Assembly (NCBI RefSeq): GCF_018350175.1
Contig: NC_058368.1
Span: forward strand, 125,366,001-125,430,000
Reading direction: 5' to 3'
Length of the DNA: 64,000 bases
Origin: Felis catus
Lineage: Eukaryota
The first letter of the stretch is position 1, and each line of letters starts with the position of its first letter. Below, in pieces: positions 1-12,180 of the stretch. The translations under genes and the position numbers were made by a program. Below the pieces are notes generated by a model, which searched no databases, was not told where the DNA came from, and was given only the letters and a program-made list of their open reading frames with translations.

Positions 1-751
1 TTGTCTGCATGTTTCCTTTATCATATTTAAAGAATTCCTAGCAATGTGTGTTAACACATCCTTTATGGCTGATTTATTGGTAGATGTCTATTTTGTGACC
101 TGACTTTATAAAGAGCAGCTGTGATATGCATGAACACTTAATTTTGAATCCTTGACCAAAGTTTTCTCTCTTTCTTATCTTACTTCTTGAAACTCATACA
201 GCGTTCAAGATGATTTATTGATGCTAACAATGATTATGATGGGCAATTCTGCCATGCAAATTGATCTATAAATTTCACATTGTATGGTCCAAGAGACATC
301 ATGTCTTGATGATAGTGGGTATGTGTTAAAATAAATGCACAAACAGTAAGAAAGAAATTATCAGTGTATTATTGAAGGAGCATTTGGTGAGAAAGTTATT
401 TTCCAACATGAGGAAGAAAGTCTATCCCTTAGGAGAGCTGTGGGACAGGGAGGGAAATAGTCTTTATGAGGGTGGAAGGGTTCGTTAGAACTAAATAGAA
501 ACTGACTGGCATGATTTGAGAACTCTGTTCTCCACTCAGATCAAATCACATTGCTTTAGCCAAGAAAGACCATGTATTTATTTTGTTTTGTTTCATACAT
601 TCATGTAATCTCCATGGATGATTAGGCAATTTCACTGTCTTCTGGATGTTGATAGAATTAAAACAAGCTCATCTTTCCTCTTCTGTAAGATTCTTGGTTA
701 GAATTCTTGATTTTCTCTTGTTCCCTCTCCCCCTCCTTTAAAAATCTTTCA

Positions 752-971
752 GGGGCGCCTGGGTGGCGCAGTCGGTTAAGCGTCCGACTTCAGCCAGGTC
801 ACGATCTCCCCGTCGGTGAGTTCGAGCCCCGCGTCGGGCTCTGGGCTGATGGCTCAGAGCCTGGAGCCTGTTTCCGATTCTGTGTCTCCCTCTCTCTCTG
901 TCCCTCCCCCGTTCATGCTCTGTCTCTCTCTGTCCCAAAAATAAATAAACGTTGAAAAAAAATTTTTTTTT
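752..971 (+). mobile_element. Young Can-SINE (SINEC_Fc-type)
   Basis: Starts GGGGCGCCTGGGTGGCGCAGTCGGTTAAG, B-box GAGTTCGAGCC, (CT)n tract, AATAAA tail; CpGs intact; TSD TAAAAATCTTTC at 739-750 and 971-982. Confidence 0.96.
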
Positions 972-1779
972 AAAAATCTTTCTCCCTTAGAAACTTTTGG
1001 TAAAGATGACATGTTTATTATGTGTAGGTAATAAAAATTATTGATATCCCTAACGAGGCACTCTTAGTCTTCAAGTCATAGAGAAGTTTTTCTTTTAGCA
1101 TTTGTATGATTTGATATACTTTACCTAGTTTTGCATACTAATACATTCCAGGAAAAGAAGGAAAGATCCACTTGGAGAGATTACAATGATCCCCAGGGCT
1201 GGTTCAAATCCTTAGACCTGTGAATTTGTTGTAGTCTCTCACGTGTGAATTTGGTTAACACCTCATTAATTTATTAAAGCCATAGAACAAAAAGCTGGAT
1301 AAAATAATGGCTGTGTTTCCAGAATAATTTTCCACAGATGGCTGGCTGAGTCTAGTAAACAAAACAAAACAAAACAAAAATCAAAGGTGTCATTTGGCCT
1401 GTTGTTGATGGTTGCCTCTAAAACTTCTTATTCCCCTTTTGGAATTTGGCCTTGGAAATGGGCCAATGAATCAGCCAACCTTCTTGCAATAATTAGTATT
1501 GATTTCAGTTAGACCCAGGAATCTTCACTGGATTTTATCTACTCAAAGTCACAGCAGCTTTTTTAGAGGAGATTTTACCTGGTGTCCATATGGGTAGATG
1601 TTCTTCAAGACAATGACATGTAAGCTTTAATGTGCAAAAATCTTTTGATGTAAAGGATGAATATCAACATTTTTCTTGAAGTGAGCAATGGTGGGCTTGC
1701 TTTAAAAATGAAGAAAAATTTTCATACATATAAATTAATATTGATAATATCAAGAATAGCTAAATAACATCTGCGTAGT

Positions 1780-2050
1780 CACCATTTACCTTAAAAACTA
1801 GAACATTCCCTGTAAATTTTAACACTTGTCATATAAATCTCTCTCCTAATCTTATTTCCTTTTTGCCCCATGTACTCTCCTTCTCCATGAAACCACCATC
1901 TCGAATTGTGTGTTTATCATTCATTGATTTTTAAAGTATTTTTCCGTATTTGTATTACCCATAAACAATACATTATTTAGTTTTGCATTTAAAAATTTCA
2001 CCAAACAACATCTGCTCATATGTAATTTCCTTTCCCACCCCTCAGTATAA
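1780..2050 (-). mobile_element. Old L1M 3' fragment (L1ME-like)
   Basis: Degenerate motifs resembling an L1ME 3'UTR (aaccaccatc..gaattgtgtgtttatcattc..tagttttgcat); boundaries approximate. Confidence 0.4.
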
Positions 2051-2699
2051 TGCTTGGCAGTTGTTGTTTGTTAATAATTCTGTGATGGGCAAATCAAGGG
2101 CTGTGTGTCTAGCGGAGGGGGAGAAGTAGACACAAATGGAGTGAAGTCTTGGAAGACAGAGTCTGTGAAAAGAAATTGAGAAATTAAGGCACTGGGATAA
2201 TGTATATGCAGATTAAAAGGTGGCTGGGATGTTATAAAAACAATGCTTTTATAATGGATTTTTATGAAAGACTCTAGATTTAAACAGACCTGGGTTCAAA
2301 TCCTACCTGCGCCACTTAGGGGAATTCCAAAGGAATATTGTTCCTACGTCACCTTTGGAAAAAGTAGGGTGAGAGTCATTCTGAAAAAGTTTAGGTTAAG
2401 ATGTTGAATGTGTTATATGGATTCGAATGTTTTCTTTTGAATAAATGAAACATGACCAACCTCCCAGACATCTGTCCTGGAAATGTTGTTCAGACCGAAA
2501 ATATTCTGTCCTAAGGTCCTGGCAGGGTATGGGGGTGAGTTGATATGGGAAAGGCTAGTGATGATGAGGCATTTCCTTTCCTTTTCTCCACCTCCTGCAT
2601 TTTTAAAAGTGGGTAGTAATAAAGCTCACTTTACTTGGGCTTCGTGAATGAGTTAGGGAAAATCTGAATGTGTCCCAATTCTTGCTTCTCTGGCTAGTT

Positions 2700-2885
2700 C
2701 ATCAAAATAATTTGGAACAACTGCATACTTGCTATGTAATCTTTTAAGTCTTTGTTTCCTTGTCTGTTAAATAGAGATTCTATCTGAATTGGGACAAAGA
2801 CAAATGAGATGAGGCTTGTAAAAATGCATCATTTTATTGCATAGGTGCAATGCCTTGTTCATGGTTGTACTATTATTATTATTAA
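2700..2885 (+). mobile_element. MIR fragment
   Basis: MIR core-like tctttgtttccttgtctgttaaatagag..tgtaaaaatgc..tattattatt. Confidence 0.5.
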
Positions 2886-4479
2886 TGCAATTACTTGTTT
2901 CAAAGGCTCAACTTAGGAGTGACTGAACTATGGAAGTCTCGTCTGACTTTCCTCTGTCCTCATTCCTCTTCTCAAATCTCTTATGTGTTTTTTTTGTTTT
3001 GTTTTGTTTTTTGAGCACTTAGTGTTTTTTAGCATTTGCTGCTTATGTCAGCTATAGCTTTTAACATTTTAGTGCAGAACTTGCTTACTTTTTTGTCTTT
3101 CACATTAGTCTGTGAGTTCCTGGATATGGAGCTATTCCATGATTAGATGATTAGATTAAAATATGATGAGATAAAAATATGCCTTAAGACATTAATATTA
3201 TATTGACTAAGTATGATTTCGTATGACTCATTTTCACATATTTATCAGCAGCATTCATTAATGTTAATTTAGTGTCAATGAGCTGTTAACTCTCCTAAAC
3301 ACTTGAACCATAGACCAGCATGGGAAATAGCCACCTTGTATCACCATGAATGAAGAGCCAAAATAAGATATGGACACAACTCTTGGAAAACTAAAACAAA
3401 CAATTAAGACAACCAATTAGAGCTCAGAACCCACACCTCAAGTGAAAACATCTTTCTGGATTTTTTAAAAGTCTGAAAGTTTAAAATTTCTGTTACTAGT
3501 TTAATTGAAAACCTATTACATCTGCGGAAAATTGTTCTTATGTCTGATGAACTGCTTTCATAATTAGGAATCCAACAGTTTAGAGCTGTAAATGGGAGGA
3601 AAATTTGTTGAAGTTCTTAGCAAAAGAAGGCATTTTAAAACAATTTTTGGCCATCATTTTCATGAGAGAGTAGAATCTTCATTTTTTTGAACAAAGAAAT
3701 GAAGCTCAGGGTGGTTAAGGAATTTATCCAAGGAAATTTTAAGCGGGGGTGGGGGAGTGGGAGTCACAATTCCAAGTTTATATTACCTCTCTAAATTTTT
3801 TAAAAAAGTTCCAGTCCGCTGTAGTGGGCACAGTCCATCAGATACTGCAACATTTGGAGTGTCTTAGTGGGCCCACAGGTGGTGCCTTTAATGAATAAGA
3901 TGCTCTAGGCCATTAATTTTAGTTAGAATTTTCTTTACAAGTAGAAGTTGCCTTTGTGTGAAATTTTTAGAGTGTAGCTTAAGTGTAGAGTGGGCCTTGT
4001 ACAGAAGCCCACCCTCCCTTTTCGGTTAGCTCTCTCTGCTCCTTCCTGAGAACTCTATCCAGCAGGAAGAGAAGGGTGAAGCAGTCACCTCTAGGGATAA
4101 GTTTAGGTCCTAGGTGCATAGCTGGTCAAGGGCAAGGAGTCCAATGTGAACTCCAGAAGGGTCAGGGAGTTATACAGAGAATCAAGGAAGTCTGTTTTTT
4201 CACAAAACATGCCAGGACGGAGACAATATCCGCTGAAAAATAACATTAATAAGTGGCATCTGTCATTCGAAGAGCTCAAAGTATTTGGGAATATTTGCTC
4301 CCTGAGCTGTGAGCCACACCTATGTTGTATCTATGGATCATTTAATGAACGAGAAACTGCATTTTAGCTTAAAGTTTGCTCCTGTGACTCAACGAGGAAT
4401 TGGGGAATGGACAAGAACAGAACCCAGGTTTCAAGTCTTTTCACTCAAAATAACCATGGGGGTGAACAGATGTTGGCAA

Positions 4480-4890
4480 GTGACAGTAAGCATCTTTGTT
4501 TTATTTACAACATTCATTGGCCATTATTTTGAACTGTGGGAATTATAGAGAGAGGGAAGTAGCTTCTTTCCTAGAAGAACTTCCAGTTCAGTTTGGGAGC
4601 TTTGGCTCATAGGCAAAAACAAGAAATAGATGAAGCCAGCATATGCTAAGTGCCAAATAAAGAATCCAGACAGGAAGTTCAGAGGAGGGAGCTGTTTCCT
4701 AGGCTGAGGCAGTCAAGGAACACTTCATATAGAAAGACCTCAAGGGAGCTTTGAGGAAAGATAGAACCTGGATATAGAGAGAGGCATGGGCAGGTGATTT
4801 ATAGGTTGAGAGATGTGAGGGGAGTGGGAGGTGCATGGAGTCTTTTGGGGGTGCCCCCACAGGTATAACAACTGAGAGGCAAGTGCCACC
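4480..4890 (+). mobile_element. L2 fragment
   Basis: Degenerate purine-rich L2-like motifs (agtcaaggaacacttcatatagaa..gagctttgagga). Confidence 0.45.
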
Positions 4891-4911
4891 TGAAGTGAGT
4901 TATTATTTTGT

Positions 4912-4950
4912 ATTTTTTTATTAAAATTTTTAGAAATGTTTTTATTTATT

Positions 4951-5016
<66 letters not shown>

Positions 5017-5167
5017 GAGCAGGGGAGGAGCACACAGAATCCAAAGCAGGCTTCAGGTTCTGAGTTGTCAGCACAGAACCCATTGCAGGGCTCAAACTCA
5101 CAAACTGTGAGATCATGACCTGAGCTGAAGTCAGCCACTTAACTGATTGAGCTACCCAGGCACCCCC
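4912..5167 (-). mobile_element. Can-SINE
   Basis: tttatttatttttgagagag (GA)n..gagatcatgacctgagctgaagtc..cccaggcacccc. Confidence 0.95.
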
Positions 5168-6273
5168 TGAAGCAAGCTTTTAAAAATGCTTTAGAGCCTG
5201 TTTGATCAGGAAATGAGCTATCTTTTCTCTGAAATTCCTTGAAGTGTAATTTCTTTTGGTCTGAGGTAACTGACCCTGTCCAACGGACCCTTCTTTGTTA
5301 TGATGACCAGCCCAAGCTTCTACTTTGCTGGTTGAATTTCTTTTCGGCACAATTCTGCTGAGAGGAGCAGTCCTTCTCATTGCTTCCTTTTCTGAATGGA
5401 GAAATTGTTCATGCCTATAGGGAGTGGACAAAGGCAAACTGGGGTAGTCCAGTTTTGTGAAAATCAAAAGAAAAATTTTAAAGAGAGAACGGTCAACGGT
5501 TTTGACAGATGCAGAGAAGTCATGGAGAATGGGGTTCTGTGTGTCTGATTTTCTATGGTCAGTAAAGTACAATTACATATTAGTTTATTCTTGAATTAAG
5601 GTGATGCAGAGAATATGAGTCAGCCATTGCTAGCTGTTCTGCCTAAACTTGAATAACCTTTCCTATGATTCTTACAGTTGTTAAAAAAATGTTAAAAAAT
5701 TCCACCATTATCTATATTAATAAATTTAAATTCTGCTTTAAAAAATTCTTTTTTAATCTACCCTCCTTCAAAATGCATATATCTGATGCATGTGTTCTGT
5801 AGGCTTTTTATTTTGTTAAAGAGTTATTATAGCCTGTTAAGAAAGTAAGAAGTTTATTTCAACATTAGGCAGAATGGTGTGATTAATGTTAATATTCTGA
5901 AAGAAATTATGGAAAATGGTTTTAAGTTGAAGTATCAGTGCAACTGATACTAATTACTAACTTCTCAGTAAAGCTTATACATTTTTTTGCAGGGAAGTTG
6001 AAGGAGGCCTATCAGTGGAAGAAAGGACCCAGTTGATTTCCCAGTTAGAAAAAGTCCAGAAATGAATCAATGGGAAGGAGAGATGCTTTTAGTAGGGAAG
6101 TAAAGGAAGAGTGAAATGGACAGATTTCTTTGGGAGGGAAATATTTAATTGTAATGGAAGCTATTAAAGAAAAAATTGTTAATTTCAATTCAATACCAAT
6201 ATCACAGCAACTATATTTTACTTTTTGAAATATCCTGCCCCTGCCGTGTTAAGTTACTGTCCATAATCATGCA

Positions 6274-6488
6274 TTTTTTTTCCCAACGTTTTTATTTATT
6301 TTTGGGACAGAGAGAGACAGAGCATGAACGGGGGAGGGACAGAGAGAGAGGGAGACACAGAATCGGAAACAGGCTCCAGGCTCCGAGCCATCAGCCCAGA
6401 GCCCGAGGCGGGGCTCCAACTCACGGACCGCGAGATCGTGACCTGGCTGAAGTCGGACGCTCAGCCGACTGCGCCACCCAGGCGCCCC
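6274..6488 (-). mobile_element. Young SINEC_Fc, 3' monomer of a dimer
   Basis: Full Can-SINE body ending ggcgcccc at 6488; CpG-rich. Confidence 0.95.
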
Positions 6489-6504
6489 AAAGAAGGAACT
6501 ATTC

Positions 6505-6733
6505 TTTTTTTTTTTTTTTTAATTTTTTTTCAACGTTTATTTATTTTTGGGACAGAGAGAGACAGAGCATGAACGGGGAAGGGGCAGAGAGAGAGGGAGA
6601 CACAGAATCGGAAACAGGCTCCAGGCTCTGAGCCATCAGCCCAGAGCCTGACGCGGGGCTCGAACTCACGGACCGTGAGATCATGACCTGGCTGAAGTCA
6701 GACGCTTAACCGACTGCGCCACCCAGGCGCCCC
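6505..6733 (-). mobile_element. Young SINEC_Fc, 5' monomer of a dimer
   Basis: Full Can-SINE body with long poly(T) at 6505-6530; TSD CCATAATCATGCATTTTT at 6261-6278 and 6733-6750 encloses both monomers. Confidence 0.95.
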
Positions 6734-7304
6734 CATAATCATGCATTTTTAAAAACGTTGTAATACGGGGTATGTAAAGCGAAATATTCTGCCTTTGACT
6801 TAAGATGCACCTGATGTATGTGGATATTTCTACCTAGTCTTTATGAGTAACTTTCAAAGTTGCAATGTTATATTCCAGCACGGTTTCCTTTCCATTCCTG
6901 GATCTGGCCAGTGACTTCCATTTTTCTCTCTGATGATTGTCATCTCACAGACCAGGGGCAGAGCCAATGAGAAGTTTGGATTTAGGATCTTGAAAATAAT
7001 TGCTTTTAGTTGATCTTGCCAGGGATATGCTGTCAGTGGGCATGCCATGCCACTGTCAGGCTTCAGAAGACCATTCAACAAGAGAAAAAGGCCTGTGGAG
7101 CATAAGAGAGTGGAGCTCTCAGGAAGTGGGAGAGGTGCTAAGGTGGTGGGTGGTGGTGGTGGTGGGGAAGATGGCTTCCTTTCTCATCCTTGCCCTGCCT
7201 CTCCTTCTCCTTTTGACTTTCTCTTTCTGCCTATGTTCAAGCTCTCTGCATCCCTCTTGCTTATCCTCTTGTGGTTCCTTCTTTATCTCTCTCCAGGGAC
7301 TTCT

Positions 7305-9996
7305 TTTTTTTTTTTTTTTTTTTTTTTTATGAGTTCAGTTTTTTATTTTTATTTTTTTTTTTTTTTTGAAATTTATTGACAAATTGGTTTCCATACAACA
7401 CCCAGTGCTCATCCCAAAAGGTGCCCTCCTCAATACCCATCACCCACCCTCTCCTCCCTCCCACCCCCCATCAACCCTCAGTTTGTTCTCAGTTTTTAAC
7501 AGTCTCTTATGCTTTGGCTCTCTCCCACTCTAACCTGTTTTTTTTTTTTCCTTCCCCTCCCCCATGGGTTCCTGTTAATTTCTCAGGGTCCACATAAGAG
7601 TGAAACCATATGGTATCTGTCTTTCTCTGTATGGCTTATTTCACTTAGCATCACACTCTCCAGTTCCATCCACGTTGCTACAAAAGGCCATATTTCATTT
7701 TTTCTCATTGCCACGTAATATTCCATTGTGTATATAAACCACAATTTCTTTATCCATTCATCAGTTGATGGACATTTAGGCTCTTTCCACAATTTGGCTA
7801 TTGTTGAGAGTGCTGCTATGAACATTGGGGTACAAGTGGCCCTATGCATCAGTACTCCTGTATCCCTTGGATAAATTCCTAGCAGTGCTATTGCTGGGTC
7901 ATAGGGTAGGTCTATTTTTAATTTTCTGAGGAACCTCCACACTGCTTTCCAGAGTGGCTGCACCAATTTGCATTCCCACCAACAGTGCAAGAGGGTTCCC
8001 GTTTCTCCACATCCTCTCCAGCATCTAGAGTCTCCTGATTTGTTCATTTTGGCCACTCTGACTGGCGTGAGGTGATACCTGAGTGTGGTTTTGATTTGTA
8101 TTTCCCTGATAAGGAGCGACGCTGAACATCTTTTCATGTGCCTGTTGGCCATCCGGATGTCTTCTTTAGAGAAATGTCTATTCATGTTTTCTGCCCATTT
8201 CTTCACTGGGTTATTTGTTTTTCGGGTGTGGAGTTTGGTGAGCTCTTTATAGATTTTGGATACTAGCCCTTTGTCCGATATGTCATTTGCGAATATCTTT
8301 TCCCATTCCGTTGGTTGCCTTTTAGTTTTGTTGGTTGTTTCCTTTGCTGTGCAGAAGCTTTTTATCTTCATAAGGTCCCAGTAATTCACTTTTGCTTTTA
8401 ATTCCCTTGCCTTTGGGGATGTGTCGAGTAAGAGATTGCTACGGCTGAGGTCAGAGAGGTCTTTTCCTCCTTTCTCCTCTAGGGTTTTGATGGTTTCCTG
8501 TCTCACATTTAGGTCCTTTATCCATTTTGAGTTTATTTTTGTGAATGGTGTGAGAAAGTGGTCTAGTTTCAACCTTCTGCATGTTGCTGTCCAGTTCTCC
8601 CAGCACCATTTGTTAAAGAGGCTGTCTTTTTTCCATTGGATGTTCTTTCCTGCTTTGTCAAAGATGAGTTGGCCATACGTTTGTGGGTCCAGTTCTGGGG
8701 TTTCTATTCTATTCCATTGGTCTATGTGTCTGTTTTTGTGCCAATACCACGCTGTCTTGATGATGACAGCTTTGTAGTAGAGGCTAAAGTCTGGGATTGT
8801 GATGCCTCCTGCCTTGGTCTTCTTCTTCAAAATTCCTTTGGCTATTCGGGGCCTTTTGTGGTTCCATATGAATTTTAGGATTGCTTGTTCTAGTTTCGAG
8901 AAGAATGCTGGTGCAATTTTGATTGGGATTGCATTGAATGTGTAGATAGCTTTGGGTAGTATTGACATTTTGACAATATTTATTTTTCCAATCCATGAAC
9001 AGGGAATGTCTTTCCATTTCTTTAAATCTTCTTCAATTTCCTTCATAAGCTTTCTATAGTTTTCAGCATACAGATCCTTTACATCTTTGGTTAGATTTAT
9101 TCCTAGGTATTTTATGCTTCTTGGTGCAATTGTGAATGGGATCAGTTTCTTTATTTGTCTTTCTGTTGCTTCATTGTTAGTGTATAAGAATGCAACTGAT
9201 TTCTGTACATTGATTTTGTATCCTGCAACTTTGCTGAATTCCTGTATCAGTTCTAGTAGACTTTTGGTGGAGTCTATCGGATTTTCCATGTATAATATCA
9301 TGTCATCTGCAAAAAGCGAAAGCTTGACTTCATCTTTGCCAATTTTGATGCCTTTGATTTCCTTTTGTTGTCTGATTGCTGATGCTAGAACTTCCAGCAC
9401 TATGTTAAACAGCAGCGGTGAGAGTGGGCATCCTTGTCGTGTTCCTGATCTCAGGGAAAAAGCTCTCAGTTTTTCCCCGTTGAGGATGATGTTAGCTGTG
9501 GGCTTTTCATAAATGGCTTTTATGATCTTTAAGTATGTTCCTTCTATCCCAACTTTCTCAAGGGTTTTTATTAAGAAAGGGTGCTGGATTTTGTCAAAGG
9601 CCTTTTCTGCATCGATTGACAGGATCATATGGTTCTTCTCTTTTTTTTTGTTAATGTGATGTATCACGTTGATTGATTTGCGAATGTTGAACCAGCCCTG
9701 CATCCCAGGAATGAATCCCACTTGATCATGGTGAATAATTCTTTTTATATGCCGTTGAATTCGATTTGCTAGTATCTTATTGAGAATTTTTGCATCCATA
9801 TTCATCAGGGATATTGGCCTGTAATTCTCTTTTTTTACTGGGTCTCTGTCTGGTTTAGGAATCAAAGTAATACTGGCTTCATAGAAGGAGTCTGGAAGTT
9901 TTCCTTCCCTTTCTATTTCTTGGAATAGCTTGAGAAGGATAGGTATTATCTCTGCTTTAAACGTCTGGTAGAACTCCCCTGGGAAGCCATCTGGTC
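7305..9996 (-). mobile_element. Young 5'-truncated LINE-1 (L1_Fc-like), about 2.7 kb
   Basis: Uninterrupted ORF2 C-terminal part, G-rich 3'UTR, poly(A); perfect 18-bp TSD CTCTCTCCAGGGACTTCT at 7287-7304 and 9997-10014. Confidence 0.98.
7583..9865 (-). CDS. L1 ORF2p fragment (reverse transcriptase and C-terminal cysteine-rich domain; no endonuclease), 760 aa open, unlikely to be expressed
   Basis: [27 protein letters not shown] motifs; [18 protein letters not shown] zinc-knuckle-like motif. Element lacks 5'UTR and ORF1. Confidence 0.95.
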   Translation of the reverse strand: MIPKPDRDPVKKENYRPISLMNMDAKILNKILANRIQRHIKRIIHHDQVGFIPGMQGWFNIRKSINVIHHINKKKEKNHMILSIDAEKAFDKIQHPFLIKTLEKVGIEGTYLKIIKAIYEKPTANIILNGEKLRAFSLRSGTRQGCPLSPLLFNIVLEVLASAIRQQKEIKGIKIGKDEVKLSLFADDMILYMENPIDSTKSLLELIQEFSKVAGYKINVQKSVAFLYTNNEATERQIKKLIPFTIAPRSIKYLGINLTKDVKDLYAENYRKLMKEIEEDLKKWKDIPCSWIGKINIVKMSILPKAIYTFNAIPIKIAPAFFSKLEQAILKFIWNHKRPRIAKGILKKKTKAGGITIPDFSLYYKAVIIKTAWYWHKNRHIDQWNRIETPELDPQTYGQLIFDKAGKNIQWKKDSLFNKWCWENWTATCRRLKLDHFLTPFTKINSKWIKDLNVRQETIKTLEEKGGKDLSDLSRSNLLLDTSPKARELKAKVNYWDLMKIKSFCTAKETTNKTKRQPTEWEKIFANDISDKGLVSKIYKELTKLHTRKTNNPVKKWAENMNRHFSKEDIRMANRHMKRCSASLLIREIQIKTTLRYHLTPVRVAKMNKSGDSRCWRGCGETGTLLHCWWECKLVQPLWKAVWRFLRKLKIDLPYDPAIALLGIYPRDTGVLMHRATCTPMFIAALSTIAKLWKEPKCPSTDEWIKKLWFIYTMEYYVAMRKNEIWPFVATWMELESVMLSEISHTEKDRYHMVSLLCGP

Positions 9997-10033
9997 CTCT
10001 CTCCAGGGACTTCTGCCTGTGCTTGGTATAGTT

Positions 10034-10757
10034 CAGAGATTCTCAACCCCATCAATGTCTACCTTTTAAATACATGTTTTGTAATGTCCCTTTTATTATC
10101 TTGAAATGAAATTTATAGGTCATTGAAACACAAAACACATAACTAAATAATCAATATGAGGTTCTAAATATAACACAAAGAATAAAAGGAAATCAGTTTA
10201 AAATAAAATGATGCGGGGGGGGTGCCTGGGTGGCCTAGTCGGTTAAGCATCCACATTTAGCTCAGGTCATGATTTCACGGTCCATGAGTTTAAGCCCCGC
10301 ATCAGGCTCTGTGCTGACAGCTCAGAGCCTAGAGCCTGCTCTAGATTCTGTGTCTTCCTCTCTCTCTGCCCCTCCCCCGCTTACTCTCTGTCTCTGTCTC
10401 TCTCAGAAATAAACATACATTATAAAAACAAAATAAAATGATGCACACATGCAGATGCTCAGGCACAGCCATACTAGAAGTCTTACTGAAAGAGACAGAT
10501 GCTTGTAGGTAGTGATAATGAATGTGCTCGGTTTTAAAGGAAACAGACATCATTTAACTGGATATTGTTGGCACTAGAAATATTTGACAGTGTGCAGTAA
10601 GGGCAAGAGAAACACAACATCTTCTTTTTAAGGCATCTCTGGTTCCTTCCCATTAAATGCCAGTTGTACCCCATGGTTCATTATGACAATCAAAACTGCC
10701 CTGGTAACATTTTAAATACCTGTAGGGTGGAGTTGCACTTCCATTAAAAATCACACC
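10034..10757. mobile_element. hAT-Charlie (MER20-like) DNA transposon relic, interrupted by a SINE
   Basis: Begins cagagattctcaa; ends with MER20-like aaatgccagttgtaccc..tgacaatcaaaactgccc. Confidence 0.4.
10219..10429 (+). mobile_element. Can-SINE
   Basis: SINE body; TSD AAAATAAAATGATGC at 10200-10214 and 10430-10444. Confidence 0.95.
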
Positions 10758-11491
10758 TGTGTTGAAAGGAATGCTAAATTCTGAGCTTAGGAACCTGGGC
10801 CCAAGTCCCATTTTTCTGCAGCTATGTCTTGATGAACAGGACCAGTGGGGTTTTCATGGTTGCTGGAACTTTCTGACTGGTGTCTGGGAAGGGCTTTTTG
10901 AATGGGAACCAATCCTCTAGGGAGATCCTACTGATTTCTGTGACACAGTCACACGGTATGCTTGGCCTGGTGTGCATGCATCACCTCTTTTTTTTAGAAA
11001 GCAAGCCTCCTCTCTCCTTTAGCCATGAGGTTCTGGATTCCACACTAGAACTCTGAGGTACATAATGCATAGTGCATAGCATGGTATGGGATTCAACACA
11101 CAGTATCCTGCCCTCTGTGCCACACAGGTGGACTTACTACCCAGTCTGGGCCAATCAGAATCCTTCTCTGGGAGTTTTTACACCAAAATTGATGGGGGAG
11201 AATTCTCTCTGTTCTGGCCATGATGCTAGATGGTATGAGTTCACATGCTTCTAGAAGTTGTAGTTCTAGATTGTGGAGAGAGCTGGCACATGGATGCAGA
11301 AATAGGAGAGATACTGATATCTGGTAGCAGTCTTTGAGGTAAGTAGTATCTCTGTCTCTTCCCCTCCTTGCCTATGCTAATTTGAAATGTATTTCTGTTA
11401 TGGGAAACCTACAGAATCCTGACTAACATAACTGCATTTCCACAAAATCCTGTCCTTATCCAGGACTCTAGTGGGATGCAGCTCTTCCAGA

Positions 11492-12180
11492 ACTGTGCTG
11501 TGCCATTTGATAGCTACTAGTCCTGTGTAACTTTTTGTAAATACACTTCATTTTTTGGGAGCAGTTTTAGTTGCGTAGAAAAATTGAGCAGAAGGTTCAG
11601 AGATTTCTCACCTACCCCTGCCCCTCCACATGCACATCCTCCCCCAATATCAGTATTCCTCACCAGAGTGGTACAGTTAGCATAGTTAATGAATCTATAA
11701 GACACATCATCATCACTCAGAGTCCATAGTTTACATTACAGTTCATTCTTGGTACAGTTCAGTCTGTGGGTTTGGACAAATGTATAATGACATGTCTCCA
11801 CCATTATAGTATCATCCAGAGTATTTTCACTGCCATAAAAATCCTCTGTGGTCTGCCTATTCATTTCTACCTCTACTGTAACTTCTGGCAACCATGGCCT
11901 TAGTTTTGACTATTTGAAATGTGACTAGTCCAAATTGAGATGAAAGTGTAAACACACTGGATTTCAAAGACTTAGTACTGAAAAAAGTATAAAACACTTC
12001 AATAATTTTTATATTGATTGTAGGTTACAATGATACTCTTTTGGATCTATTGGGTCAAATAAAATATACTGTTAAAATTGATTTGTTTCTTTTTCCTTTT
12101 TAAGTGTGTCTAGAAGAAAATTAAAAACCACATGTGACTTCCATCTGTGGCTTGCATTATAATTCTTTTGGACAACTCTT
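11492..12180. mobile_element. MER33-like hAT element split by an L1MB-type 3' fragment
   Basis: tgtgctgtgcc..tagctactag start; gtgactagtccaaattgagat..ggatttcaaagacttagtac..ttggacaactct end. Confidence 0.65.
11545..11897 (-). mobile_element. L1MA/L1MB-type 3' end
   Basis: gcagttttag..aaaattgagcagaagg..agagtccatagtttacatt..ggtttggacaaatgtataatgacatg..ctggcaacca. Confidence 0.75.

Noticed and set aside
707..955. Recurrent short ORFs such as [14 protein letters not shown] and [15 protein letters not shown]
   Set aside because: Translations of Can-SINE bodies and (GA)n tracts, not genes.
5180..5572. 130-aa ORF, and similar ones at 15402, 44696, 56857 and 57883
   Set aside because: No recognisable domain or supported splice structure; lengths are within chance expectation.
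8421..9512. ORFs [15 protein letters not shown] and [10 protein letters not shown] that recur several times in the window
   Set aside because: Antisense frames of L1 ORF2; they recur only because L1 does.
7583..9865. 760-aa RT ORF as a domesticated gene or a novel RT system
   Set aside because: Near-consensus, 5'-truncated L1 with poly(A) and a perfect TSD; the open frame reflects youth, and it has no promoter or endonuclease domain.
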